Source: Rhina ancylostomus
Taxonomy: Eukaryota
NCBI GenBank assembly: GCA_030265395.1
Contig: JARFYF010000001.1
Coordinates: 56,362,651-56,426,650, forward strand
Direction of reading: 5' to 3'
Length of the DNA stretch: 64,000 bases
The notes under the pieces were generated by a model that was not told where the DNA came from, ran no database searches, and saw only the letters and a list, made by a program, of their open reading frames with translations. Shown here one piece after another: positions 1-12,600 of this stretch. Within the stretch, counting starts at the first letter, position 1, and each line of letters begins with the position of its first letter. Made by a program: the position numbers and the translations under genes.

Positions 1-859
1 CAAGTTTTTTAAAAAATCTCAAATTATTCGGTTTTAGAAACCATTCTATCAACAATAATCTCTTTCAAATTTTCAATCTTTACATTAAAAAATCTAAAAT
101 GTGTAACAGATAAAAAGGCATACATTACTAAAAGCTTATATACAACTTTCACATCACAACTTGCTCAGTTTCCATCTCGACTCAAAATCTACAACTACCA
201 AAGTAAAACCCACCAAAATAATTATATTACCCAGGTTTTGTACTTAGCGATCGAGAACCTATACTTTCCATTCACTCCACTTACAGATGTCCACAAATAT
301 GTTGTGGCCCTTTAAGCACAGGCTTACTCAAATCCAGAGATAGACAAAAAGGGACAATCATCTCTCAAAAAGCATTTTTATTTCAGGAGAGAAGAGGAAG
401 TGATATCAAAATTCAGTGCTTGTATTGATATGGCAAGAGAGACTTTCTCTTTTCTTGATATATCCCTATATAGTAATGATATGGAAAGACAGAACTAGCC
501 TAATTCTAGAGGGGTAAAATGTGTTGACAGATTACTCATGGAACAAGGAGCAGCTACTTACAAAATTCCACTGTGCAGCTATTTATTAGCTGTAAAGGGG
601 AACATTGCACTGTATCTATATCAAAGCACAAACATTCCTTTTTAATTAAAAATGTTGTTGCTGCAAAAATCTCTATGAATGTTATATTAATAGACAAGCA
701 ATGGTTCCTAAAGTTAAGAACTTCTGGAATGTAACACATCAATATTTAGCTTGTTGGGTAGAGAACTGCAAATGAACTGTAGTGCATAGGTCAGCTCATT
801 CCAAAACTGAGGGTCCAAGCACATTTCTCATCCAGACCCTTAACTTTATGGTAGTCAAT

Positions 860-1240
860 GACAAGCACATTCCAAGTTCTGTCAGAGACAGAGATTACCA
901 GACACATAGAGGAAATGATTCAAGAGCCTCCTCAAAAGATGCAAAATATCTCCCTACTCCTGGGAATCCCTGCCCTACAACTGAGGAATGAGCATTCAGG
1001 ATGGCACTGAAAACTGCATTCATAATTTGGGAACACAAAGAAACTTGGTGTACAGCACCTCATGAGTTATCCGTCTGCCCATCCAGTCAGGCACCTCCTG
1101 CCCCATCTGTGGATAGATTCTTCCATTCCCTCTTTGGCCACAATTGTCACCTCAGAACCCACAGAAATGGAGTGAAAGCAAGTCATCCTCAATCCCAAGG
1201 GAATGTCCAAGGAGAGGGAGGAGGAGATACTGCATACTTT
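860..1240 (+). mobile_element. Decayed RTE-like LINE 3' fragment
   Basis: Similar by eye to 1810-2110 and 37010-37350 (shared ...ccagac...agaggaaa...ttcaag...tcaaa... and ctgccc...tgtgg... blocks). Clade assignment is from recall. Confidence 0.45.
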
Positions 1241-1249
1241 TCATTGAAA

Positions 1250-1535
1250 AGGTAAGAGTACATATAAACAGGCTTAGTAATTGGGCAAAAACTGGCAACT
1301 GAGATATTATGTGGAAAAATAATCGATGCCATCCACTATGGCAGAAAATAAACAGGAAAAGTAGTTGTGTTGCCAAATAGTAAGAGATTAAGAAGCATTG
1401 GTGTTTAGAGGGACAAGGGCATCCTTGAACATGAATCACTGAAAGTCAACACACAGGTAGAGCAAGCAATTTAAAAGGCCAACAGTATGTTGGCTTTTAT
1501 TGCTAGAGGATTTGGCTATCTAAGAAAGGACTTCT
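1250..1535 (+). mobile_element. Decayed CR1-like LINE fragment
   Basis: Eroded RT C-terminal region (acaggcttagtaattgggcaaaaactggca...aaggccaacagtatgttggcttttattgctagagga), shared with other CR1 copies in the window. Confidence 0.55.
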
Positions 1536-1539
1536 GAGA

Positions 1540-2110
1540 CTACCAACAGCAGGTATCTCAAGGCATGGAAAAAGTACCACTAAAGGTGTCTCTGCACAAT
1601 CTTCCAACTTCACTTAAAGTGAACTGACATCAGCATCCTATCCAAGATCAATATCAACTATGTTGAGCAGGCCAAGTCATTAATGTCTTGAATCTTAAAA
1701 ATGTTAATGACTCATCCCACCACAGATGCTACTTGACCTGTTGAGTTCTGCAGCAGTTTGTGTTTTTGCTCCAGATTCCAGCATATGCAGTCTCATCTCT
1801 GAGTCACCCATGTGCCAACACCAGACTCCCAAGCTGGACAATCTATTCAGAGGAAATTCCCAGATGAACACACAAATGATTCAAGGATGTGCTCAAAACT
1901 GTCTTGAAGAAGTGCAACATTCCTGCCAACTCTCTGCAAGGAACATTCTGGAGGGAACTGAAAGACCATGCGTTGGGAGCACACAGAAACTTGTATAAGC
2001 AGCGCACCACTTCTCAAACTATCACCTGCCCACTCCACCAGCCTCCTCCTGCCTTTGTGTGGAAGAATCTGCAGTTCCCACATTAGCCATCAAAGAAACC
2101 AGAAAAAGAC
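1540..2110 (+). mobile_element. Decayed RTE-like LINE 3' fragment interrupted by a Penelope-type tail (~1690-1805)
   Basis: RTE-like remnants (LKTVLKKCNIPANS..W...D in the ORF track). The internal cacagatgctacttgacctgttgagttct...ctccagattccagcat block is the recurrent tail repeat. Confidence 0.45.
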
Positions 2111-2929
2111 AGGAAGGAGTGCCAAACTGATTCCTGGGATGGGGCAAATGCTCTATGAAAGAGAGATCACACTGACTGAACTCATATTCTCTGTAATTTA
2201 GAAGAATGGGAGTCACTCTCATTGTAACANNNNNNNNNNNNNNNNNNNNNNNNNNNNNNNNNNNNNNNNNNNNNNNNNNNNNNNNNNNNNNNNNNNNNNN
2301 NNNNNNNNNNNNNNNNNNNNNNNNNNNNNNNNNNNNNNNNNNNNNNNNNNNNNNNNNNNNNNNNNNNNNNNNNNNNNNNNNNNNNNNNNNNNNNNNNNNN
2401 NNNNNNNNNNNNNNNNNNNNNNNNNNNNNNNNNNNNNNNNNNNNNNNNNNNNNNNNNNNNNNNNNNNNNNNNNNNNNNNNNNNNNNNNNNNNNNNNNNNN
2501 NNNNNNNNNNNNNNNNNNNNNNNNNNNNNNNNNNNNNNNNNNNNNNNNNNNNNNNNNNNNNNNNNNNNNNNNNNNNNNNNNNNNNNNNNNNNNNNNNNNN
2601 NNNNNNNNNNNNNNNNNNNNNNNNNNNNNNNNNNNNNNNNNNNNNNNNNNNNNNNNNNNNNNNNNNNNNNNNNNNNNNNNNNNNNNNNNNNNNNNNNNNN
2701 NNNNNNNNNNNNNNNNNNNNNNNNNNNNNNNNNNNNNNNNNNNNNNNNNNNNNNNNNNNNNNNNNNNNNNNNNNNNNNNNNNNNNNNNNNNNNNNNNNNN
2801 NNNNNNNNNNNNNNNNNNNNNNNNNNNNNNNNNNNNNNNNNNNNNNNNNAATTGCAGCAAAATAAAAAAAGGGGGTGCGGGGTGAGGGTTGGCAAGCACA
2901 AGCAGATAAAGGCCTTACATTCCTGAAAC

Positions 2930-3090
2930 AGACACACATCATGTTGTCTGATGGGCCTTGCTGCACATAGCTGCTACTGATCACTTCAACAGAATAATGA
3001 CCATTACAGAAGTACCTCATTGGCTGTGAAATGCCTTGGGCTATCTTGATGCAGAAAAAGGTGTTGTATCAAATGTTTTTCCTTCTATAG
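2930..3090 (+). mobile_element. Deu-domain SINE (SacSINE1/AmnSINE-like) 3' part
   Basis: gaagtacctcattggctgtgaaatgccttggg...aaaggtgttgtatcaaatg resembles the DeuSINE 3' region as recalled. Related pieces at 19800-20220 (-), 24460-24550 (+), 24940-25140 (-). Confidence 0.5.
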
Positions 3091-4299
3091 TCTTGTTGAT
3101 ATAAATATTAAAAGTTTTCTTGGAGAACTGGATCACACACTGAATTATTTCTTTCCTTTCATAGGTGCTGCCCAACCTGAGTACATTAGGCATTTTCTGC
3201 TTTCATTACTGATTTTGACTCCATTGAGGGGAAATTCTTGTAGTATTGCAAAATGGCATAATAAAGCTGACAAATTTGTTTGACTTGTTGACAATGTGTA
3301 GAATTTTGACAAAATGGTAGCAAACAAGGTTTAATGGCATTGCCTCAAAACAATTACTTCAAAGATATAGGTTTACTATTTCTACTTGCAAAATAGATTA
3401 TTTCCAGTGATTCATCCAATTGTACTTGAGGAGTGCCAAAAATTTATTTGTGAATAACTGTTCTTATGATCAAGGAAGAGATCCCCAGCTACAATCATCA
3501 CAAAATCCAAATCATTCGACTCTAAAATAAGGAGCAATTCCAGAACCGATTCTTTTTAAACCCAATTCATCTGCATCTAATTGTCAAAAGCTTTAAAGTT
3601 TGAACTAAAACAAATGATTAAAATATACATAATCACTCGCTTTAAATTACACAATTCATTTCTCCGCTGCAGTTCCTTCCGCTTGTCAGGATTGAAAAAC
3701 CGCGTATCTCACTTTTCGGTACATTTCAAAAGAGGAAGTGAAATGAAGTCGATGACTACAGACGTTTCACCCGAATTGCAACTGACATTTTAATGCAGGC
3801 GGTGGAAAGTGGGTAAATCTTCACGATTTTAATATTCCCTACTCACACTCTGATACAGGAAGAGTTACTTTCAAATCATACCTCGTATTGACATGCACAA
3901 GTAACTGGTTGTGTAGATTATAATATGCGAAATAAAATNNNNNNNNNNNNNNNNNNNNNNNNNNNNNNNNNNNNNNNNNNNNNNNNNNNNNNNNNNNNNN
4001 NNNNNNNNNNNNNNNNNNNNNNNNNNNNNNNNNNNNNNAATACAGGAGGGGGAAAGAAAGACACAATCAACTCTTAGTTCCACAGCCCGGCCCTGATCGG
4101 AACTGACAGCTGTCTGAAGCTCGTGGAGCTTTCAACTTGGTGACACTATCTTTGCCATTGAACTACTGCAAACTGGGCTGCCTTGCAACACGACGTCGTT
4201 TCAACCCAGTGCTTAAAACATGAAAAAGATGAAAATATATGAAAGATTTTTTTTAGAAAAGCATTCAGATTCCCAGCAGATCTGAGACAAGCAAACTCA

Positions 4300-5230
4300 A
4301 CCGGGAGAGGTGAAGGCGGTGGGGAATGGGTGGGGGGGGGGGGAGAAGGGGGTGGTCGCCTATCCTTGAAAGCAAAGCCGAGCACAACACTGGCCCCAGG
4401 CTCACTTAAATTGCAAAGAAATGAACCAATATCGCTCTGCACCCGCGTCCCAGGAGGCAGGAGGCAGCCCCACGTCCCAGGGACTGGGGGGGGGGGGCTC
4501 TCCTCCCCCAGGACCGGCCCCCCGGCTCGGCGCTTGCGCCGGTTAGCAGGGCTCTCCATCCCATCTCATCCCACCACCCTCCCCTCCCCGGTATCTTGGC
4601 CGCTCTCCATTCCCCCTCCTCCATCTTGCCCCCACCCCCCTCTGGTCCCTTGGCTTCCTACCTGCTCCGTCAGCTTGAGGAGACCCATCGCTCCGTCGCT
4701 CGCATGCACACACCCCCCTGGCTGATGACGGCCGCCATACTCCTTCCCTTGCACCGACTCTCCNNNNNNNNNNNNNNNNNNNNNNNNNNNNNNNNNNNNN
4801 NNNNNNNNNNNNNNNNNNNNNNNNNNNNNNNNNNNNNNNNNNNNNNNNNNNNNNNNNNNNNNNCCCTCCCCTCCCCGGCGGTGCAAGACAAGCTTCTCTT
4901 TTTTTAAAAAAAAACCCTCGAGATCAAAGCAACGGCCGCTCTGCGCGCGCTCGCCCTCTCGCTCTCCCTGTCTCCCCCGCGCGCGCGCGCACACACGCGC
5001 GGGCTCCCGGCAGCTCGCGCCCAGCCGCCCGCGTCCCACCGAGCGGAAGTCGAGCGATCAGCCGGAATCTGATTGGAATCCCTGCGGCTGATGTCATCCC
5101 GACCGCCCGGAGCGCGCGCCCGCGCGCGCACAGAGCCGGCGTGAACCCGTCCGTCGCGCTCGCCTTTTAAATTTGCCCCATTCTAGTTCGTTACCCCCTC
5201 CCTCCCTCTTCGTCGTTGAGGGGTTCGCTG
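4300..5230. promoter_or_regulatory. CpG island / ANKRD44 promoter and 5' UTR
   Basis: GC- and CpG-rich tract (GCGCGCGC runs, GATTGG/CCAAT box at 5071-5076) in otherwise AT-rich, CpG-poor DNA, spanning the ANKRD44 start codon. Confidence 0.8.
4662..4688 (-). CDS. ANKRD44: First coding exon of ANKRD44 (PP6 ankyrin-repeat regulatory subunit B), MGLLKLTEQ
   Basis: Minus strand reads ATG GGT CTC CTC AAG CTG ACG GAG CAG|GTAGGA inside a CpG island. Resembles the 9-codon first exon of the ANKRD44/28/52 family (MAVLKLTDQ type). ANKRD44 lies downstream of SF3B1 on the same strand in human. No later exons recognised in the window. Confidence 0.8.
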
Positions 5231-7495
5231 CAACGGAATGTCTGTTGATAAATCTGTGCAAACGGTTGCATTCCTTGCCTGTGGGCTCTGGATCCGTTTA
5301 TTTATTTAAATCCCCCTTCCTTTGGAAGCATTGCTGGAAATGCAGCCGTCCGAAATGCATCTTCTAGGATGCAAACAAAGCACCAAAAAGGATTCCAAAA
5401 AAAAAATTATTAAATGACACATTGGATGTCGCGGAGGTGAAGGAAATCTGAAGAGCCCATTTTCTCTCTCAGCGTGATGGCATCGCGAGCGTTTAAATGC
5501 ATAACATCGTAATACAACGAGGAAGGAGGCCATTCAGTCCATCGCGCCTATATGGCAGGCATTTTTATACAGCCGTCCAGTTAATGTTACTTGTCTGCCA
5601 TTTCCCTGCAGTTCGGCGTAAGTTTCCTTGTAACTGTTTTCTGCATCTTTTCAGGCAAAGGATTCCAGATCAGAGCTGGCGGCTGGTTTTAAATAAAAGA
5701 TCCTCAGCTCTCCTCTGCTTCTTCATTATTCCTAAATCTATACGTTCTGATGACAGATCCTTCTGCCAGTGCCGTTTTCCTCATATGACTCACATAACTT
5801 TCGTTTGATGATGCTCCTGGGAATTAGTTTGGGAAATGTTGCTGTTCCTCAAACTAAATCATTCATAATTTCCCCTATTAAATGCCCATTAACTTCTCTG
5901 GTCTCAGAAGAACAGTTGAAGATACTCTGGTCTCTCCACACTTCTGAACTCCCTCATCCCATAATGCCATGTGTTGCGTTTAGCAAATATTTTTTAAATG
6001 CAATGCAATTTTGTATTACTTAATTGGCTTACCTTACTTACTCCTGGACTCTCATTTTAAGTTTTACCCAAATTCTGTGGGGCACATGGGCATGCAAGTG
6101 GCACAGAAAAGACATAAATGTAACTTCATTATTTCTGGTAATCTTCATTGTCATGGTTGAATTATGTATCACTGCTCATTGGAGAGCAGCGGTACCTTTA
6201 AAACAATTGGATGGGCAGTGGGAAGAAATTAGAATGTGAAATGAAACAATTAATTTTATCTTGTCTTCATCAGCGAATCTTTCAGATTTGTAATTTTAGA
6301 AGGTTATCAATTATGCTATAAAATAATATCTGTGGTATTGCCAATATTAGTATAATATTCTACAGATGGAAACATGATTAACTTAACTGTGTTATTGGAG
6401 GGGAATCAGCAGATATTTTTCATCAATGGAAGAACAGTAAAACCATTCACTGGTGACCTCAAAAGCATCTTACAAAACAAAATGTTGCTTGGACTTAATT
6501 GATATTGCAAATTTATCACAAGTGTAAAGCATATGCAGTTTTAGGCAGGTGCTAAACTGGATTTGAGTCCATAAGCCAACCTAACTACATATAAATTTGT
6601 GACTGGCCATCAACTCAGGACATTAAGTGTACTATTGATGAGGAAAACAGGATTATAATTACCCACATGACAACAGTGACTAATTTTTTTTTAATTCAAT
6701 GGCTGCACTTGAAAGTTTGTGGTAAACACAATGTGATAAATTGTAAAAGTAAAAAAAAGTCAAATTATGTTTGAATCAACAGCAAATTCTAAAGATTTAA
6801 AAGTAAGTGTGTTGATCTCTCTTCTAACAGAGATATCTAGAAGGCTATTGAAAGCAAACTAATTAACATGTTTTTCTAACTACCAGCTGCAATGTAATGC
6901 AACAAAAATGTTTACCCTCTTAAACAATAAATGACAGAACACCCTATATGATACAATGAATACTGTAATAGGAAAGAATGTTCTTTCATAGTTCAAAATT
7001 CACTTAAGGTCTTAAATGTTTCTCATGGGTTCTTCATATTTGCAAAGTAACACTTGTAAGATACATAATTTATTGAAATATTGTACTATCCTGAACATGA
7101 TGGACAAATCACAGAATTCTTAACAAATTGTTATAGAGATGATGCATATCAACTTTGCAAATGTGGAATCCAGGCTGACTCCTGGAAAAGCAAAACAACA
7201 ATAGGCTTTAGAAGCCATCATAAATAAAAAACAGATGGTATAAATACTCCATTGTGTTACGTACCAGCAACAACAGAAACACACCAAGACATGTATAAGT
7301 GTTAAAACTACATTATTAATAACTACATATTTTACATAATTAAAATAAGTAAAAATGTTAGAAATGTTAGAAGTAAAAATGTTAAACCCCAAACANNNNN
7401 NNNNNNNNNNNNNNNNNNNNNNNNNNNNNNNNNNNNNNNNNNNNNNNNNNNNNNNNNNNNNNNNNNNNNNNNNNNNNNNNNNNNNNNNNNNNNNN

Positions 7496-7558
<63 letters not shown>
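7496..7558. repeat. (CA)n microsatellite adjoining an assembly gap
   Basis: About 31 visible AC units directly after an N run. Confidence 0.98.
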
Positions 7559-7562
<4 letters not shown>

Positions 7563-9369
7563 CTTAAAGGAACCTCACTAATTGTAACCTAGTCCGTAAC
7601 AATTGCCACACCTCCTGGTTATTACCAGCACTTCCTGGTTTTATTAACATTTCCAACATATTTTGCTTTTGTAATGGAAGACATCATTTAGTCTTAACAG
7701 ATTGTGATCTTTCATATTGGCTTTTATATTTGCAAGTTTATAAAATACTCGTTTTACCTCTGAGTTATTTCTATGATGAAAAGTTCTTAGCCTGATTCAC
7801 AAATCAATACCAGGAGAACTGGTGGTTCTACTACGTTTTATGCTCTTGCCAATATTGCTTTCAAAGTCATCTCATCAAAGTGCAATTCCAAGGAAAAGGT
7901 TATAAAACATCAGCAGAAAAATGGAGGTGTAAAGTTACTGATTTAGCATCGGGGTATAATAAATAACAGGTTATATTCAGCACATGTGCATAACTTGTAA
8001 TTCTGGCAAGTTAGCACACTTGCTCCCTCTTGTGCTCAAAGTGAACTACTCAGCTTCACTTTTCGACATGATCACTTTTCATTGTGTAATAGTTTTAAGT
8101 TATCTTTGAAGTGACATCTGGCTGGTATAAACCGGGGTACATTTGTGATTTATCAAATATTATCATATATAGATAGTTAGAAATAGCTAAGTGGTGTTTA
8201 CAATGCATACATCTTGTACACGTTTAAATGACATTGTGCCATCTCAGTCACAGACAGAGAAGTTATTTTTTCCGTTCAAGTTAACTGTTCATGTCCATAC
8301 GGTGTTTCTTTGGGGAACGAGAGAGAAAGAGTTGGTCTGACTTGTTAACAGTTTTATTGAGACAGTTAATTCTGAAACAAAAATAGAAAGCATCTGTTAA
8401 CTCAGGAGAATGTCAACACTTCAAAGGCATCAAAACTAGACAATAGCTCGAAGAAGTATGAAGGGAAAGGGGCAAAATCTTCACACAATATTAATGATTT
8501 AGGCACCACCATTAATATGGTAACAATATTCCAAGGCAATTTGCAAAAACCATTATCAGATAAAATTTTAATGATTTTTCCAAATAAAGGGCCGTTGGAA
8601 CAGTTTGGTCACTGAAGTAATCACCAAGAGTGCATCTTTAAGGCAGAAAGAGAAAGAGAGGCAAAAAGATTTAAAGAGCAAATTCGAAAGCATGGAGGAT
8701 ACACAACTGAAGGCGCAGCTACAAATGGTGGTGTGGTGCATATCAAGGATTCACAGAAAGACAGAAATAAAGGACTATAAATATGTTGGAGCTTTAGAGA
8801 TTACAGAGAAAGGGAGGAATCTAGCCATGAAAAAAATATAAACATAAGGATGAGAATTTCTAAATCATGGCATTGCTAGAAAGGGAACCAATGATCCAAG
8901 GACAGCGGGTTGATGCTGAAGTCTTGAGTCCCGTTAGGATACAGGCAGGAGAGTTTTGGATGAGGTTATATCTACAGTTGCTGGAAGGTGGGTAGCTGGC
9001 AGAAGAGCACTGCTGGTGCCAAGCACTGGTGCAAATAAAGGCATGGATGAGAACTTAGCAACAGAAAAAGAATGAGCTGCATTAAATAATTAGGTGGAGA
9101 ACTGAAGATGGTTACCGGAAGGAGTAAAAGTAGTTCAAGGTAATGGAATGAGAAATTAAAGAAATAAAACTATTTCTATGAGAACCGGTGATAGTAAATA
9201 GTTAAAGTTGGTTAGCCAAGTTGGAGAGAGTGATTGTGAAAATTACCAAAGTGAAGCAAGTTTCAGTGGATCTTGTGTCCGATGTAAAGAAATGGCAAGT
9301 CAAGACTCAGAAAATCACCCTATCAACAGTGTGCCCAAATAGCATTGCTATTTCACAAATCAACCTATT

Positions 9370-9650
9370 CCTAAAAATAAGCCAGGTAATTACAGGCCGG
9401 TGAGCCTGACATCAGTAGTGGGTAAATTATTGGAAGGTGTTCTGAGAGATCGGATATANNNNNNNNNNNNNNNNNNNNNNNNNNNNNNNNNNNNNNNNNN
9501 NNNNNNNNNNNNNNNNNNNNNNNNNNNNNNNNNNNNNNNNNNNNNNNNNNNNNNNNNNGCAGGTAAATGGGACTAGCAGAATAACATTTTGGCACAGACT
9601 AGAAGGGCCGAATGGCCTGTTTTCTGTGCTGTAGTGTTCTATGATTCTAC
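9370..9650 (+). mobile_element. CR1-like LINE fragments across a gap
   Basis: ggtaattacaggccggtgagcctgacatcagtagtgggtaaa encodes GNYRPVSLTSVVGK (CR1 RT N-terminal motif). CR1-type 3' tail gggccgaatggcctgtttctgtgctgta...ctatgattcta follows the gap. Confidence 0.75.
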
Positions 9651-12600
9651 CACGTTCATCCATTCATCTAACGTCTTCGTTCTGGCAAAATTCAGTTGTA
9701 AACACAGGCACTGCAAAGTGTCAAGTGGAAAGATGAAATGCAGAATCTTGAGCTGAGTTTCACTGGAACAGTGTAGGCTAATGTCATAAAGATTTTTAGC
9801 ACATTGGTAGCTTAGCTTTTGTCAGACTCGATGAGTGACTCTGGAAGTGGACAATCACAGGCCTTCAGACCAAGTTCAAATCTTACAGAGTAGGACAAAG
9901 ACAAAGATATCAGCATTTTAGAAACGATCACGATCTCAGAAGTTGCCTGGGGTGACTAATAAAGGTCAGAGGGTACCTTGCAGTTCTGATGAGAGGCCAT
10001 CAAAGGCTATCACATTAGTGTTCACATTTTGATATTGAAGAGAATAACCAAACAACTCATTTTCAATAATGAGTTCCTTGATGGCCTATTTTTGCCAGAA
10101 ATTAGCATTCAGAGATTGAACGGTGATGCCAGTTTCATCAAATTGAGGATGTGATTTTTCAGACGTTTCCTCAGCTAGCATTCACATTCACCATTAGAAA
10201 TGCAAAGGGTCCTTAAGTACTTTCCTGCAGCACTTATTTTATATTGTGCACCATGTTCCCACATCAGAACACTATCTTGCACTGTATAGGAACTTTATTT
10301 GATGCAATCTTTATATTTCCTTTACTATTCAGCATGAAATTGCCTCCTAGTTGTCAATGTGCCATTAAAGATTTTCAACAGCTTACATACCAGTGGCATA
10401 GCTGTGGCGAACATCATGAGTAATTCTGGGAGAAGAGGGCAACCATCTCCAACCCAACTTCAAAACCCACAAGCTGAACAACAGATGCCCCCACATTAAG
10501 ACTGAATTGCTATCAGTTGCTGTCTGGGATTAATGAAAGTGAGATGGCAAGGCTAGATCCCTACCACTGTAATTCTTAAAAATACCTGCCATGCCAAGAA
10601 TAAGGGGCTTTAATGATGAAAGCATGGCATTATGTAATAAATTGTTTAAAAATTAGCTGGTTTCCAGAGATATTATTTATTGTTAAATGATACACTGTTT
10701 TATAAGGATTGGCTTGTAATACTGTGCAATGGAAAATGTATTATTCTGTTAAGAATCGGCTATCTCCTTTCAAAGTCACAAAGCAAAATCATTAGATAAA
10801 GGGACTGATAATTTCAAGATACAGCTGAAAACCATCCAGCATTTTAGTACTGCTTTTCATCCACCACAGAGTTAGATCTGAAGCTTGGCATCAAAACTTG
10901 TCAGTTCCTATACTATCACCATCACCAAGACAAGCTGTTTTCTCCTCTATAACATTGCTCATCTCTGCTTATCTGCTGCTAAAACCCTCATCATTCCATT
11001 GTTATCAATGGACAATAATTCCAAAGCTTTTCTTGTTCCTCTGTCAACTTGAGCTCAACCAAAACTCTGCTCTCTATATTCTAACTCAAAAGCATCTACC
11101 AATCATGTGCTTGCAAACCTACATTGGTTCCTGATTCACAAAAGCCTCATTTTTAAAATCTTTCATTGGCCAGCCTCCAAGAAAACTGCATTCCACCAAA
11201 TTCTGTCCGTTTGCACATCAACTTCCCTTGCTCCACAAATGGCAGATGTGGCTGCAGGTGCCAAGCCTCAAGCTCTGAAATCCTCTCTCTCCCTCCTTAA
11301 TACACTGCCTACAATATACCTCTCTGAGCAACGTTAAGTTATCTGAGCTAATAACTGCTAATATGGTCTGGTGTTAAATTAGTTTGACAAAATCCTTAAT
11401 GTATCATAATCCTCCCACTTATTTCCTTGTAGCTTGTTCCCTCTCAAATGCCCATCAACTGCCTCTGGAAGTAGTTTACAATAACCAGTTAACTTATCAA
11501 CACATCTTTGGATTACAGAAAGAACATGCAAACTCCACGCAGACAGCACCAGAGCTTGAGTTGCTGGAGCTGTGTGGCAGCAGAACTAGTGATGTACCAT
11601 CCTGCTAAATTGTTAGTCTCAATATTTGCCTTTTGTCACTTGATCCTCTTCTGAAGCCATTGCTTATTGACTCCTTGCTAAAGTAGTATTCAACATGAAT
11701 TAGTCACTTCCCTGTATCTCGATCAATTGTGAATTGTGTGTACATTAATAATATTTTTGTCATTAGAAACACCATCTGAATGTCAGAGGTCATTTATATA
11801 GGCACAATTCCAAACACACTGGAGATTGAACTGATTAATGATTCCTCCTGAAGCTAAGGATATCAAAGCAATTTATAATGCCACCTTCCCAATTGAAATT
11901 TGGTAACTCTGCATAGAAAGGTACTCAAACTTACCTGGTCAAAGTGGATCAGCCTCTTAGAGGGGATATAAAGGGAGCCTTAAGGTATTTAACTTTGTAA
12001 TTTATGACAAACACTTCAGCAGAATTTATTGTGTGGTCTATCAATTCTAAATATTGGAACACAAGTCCATGGCTGGAGTTGAAAAATATGCATGAGGAAA
12101 AATTTAATTATTTAATGAATATTTATCGATATAGATATTCACTTGTGCTAAACAAATGTGAATAAAATGAAAGGATCTCTTTTAAGATAAACCACAAGAG
12201 AACAGAATGTTGTTAGCTTTAGAAATGAATGGTTACAATTACCCATACTGTAAACGTAAATTGATTTCTAAGACTGTCAGAAAGTGAGATTGTTTAGACT
12301 GAGCTGTAACCGAATAATTGAACTTCAAATTTAAAGTATGGGATCAGCTGGTATAGGCTTTCCCTGAAAAGGTGTAGCAAAAACACTGAAATCAAATGAT
12401 TGATGAACCATGAACTCATTTTTAAATTGGAATGGATAAAGGTGTGGGGTATATTGGGGTACCTGGAAAAACTTTGACTTCTGAGTCTTTATTGAGTACC
12501 CATGTTTGATTTCTNNNNNNNNNNNNNNNNNNNNNNNNNNNNNNNNNNNNNNNNNNNNNNNNNNNNNNNNNNNNNNNNNNNNNNNNNNNNNNNNNNNNNN

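Noticed and set aside
2022-3020. Long ORFs of 200-330 aa (also 54473-55296 and 59317-60120)
   Set aside because: They are long only because they run through N gaps.
5746-5775. CTGATGA as a possible hammerhead core (also at ~9986)
   Set aside because: No stem II, GAAA or stem I partner follows.
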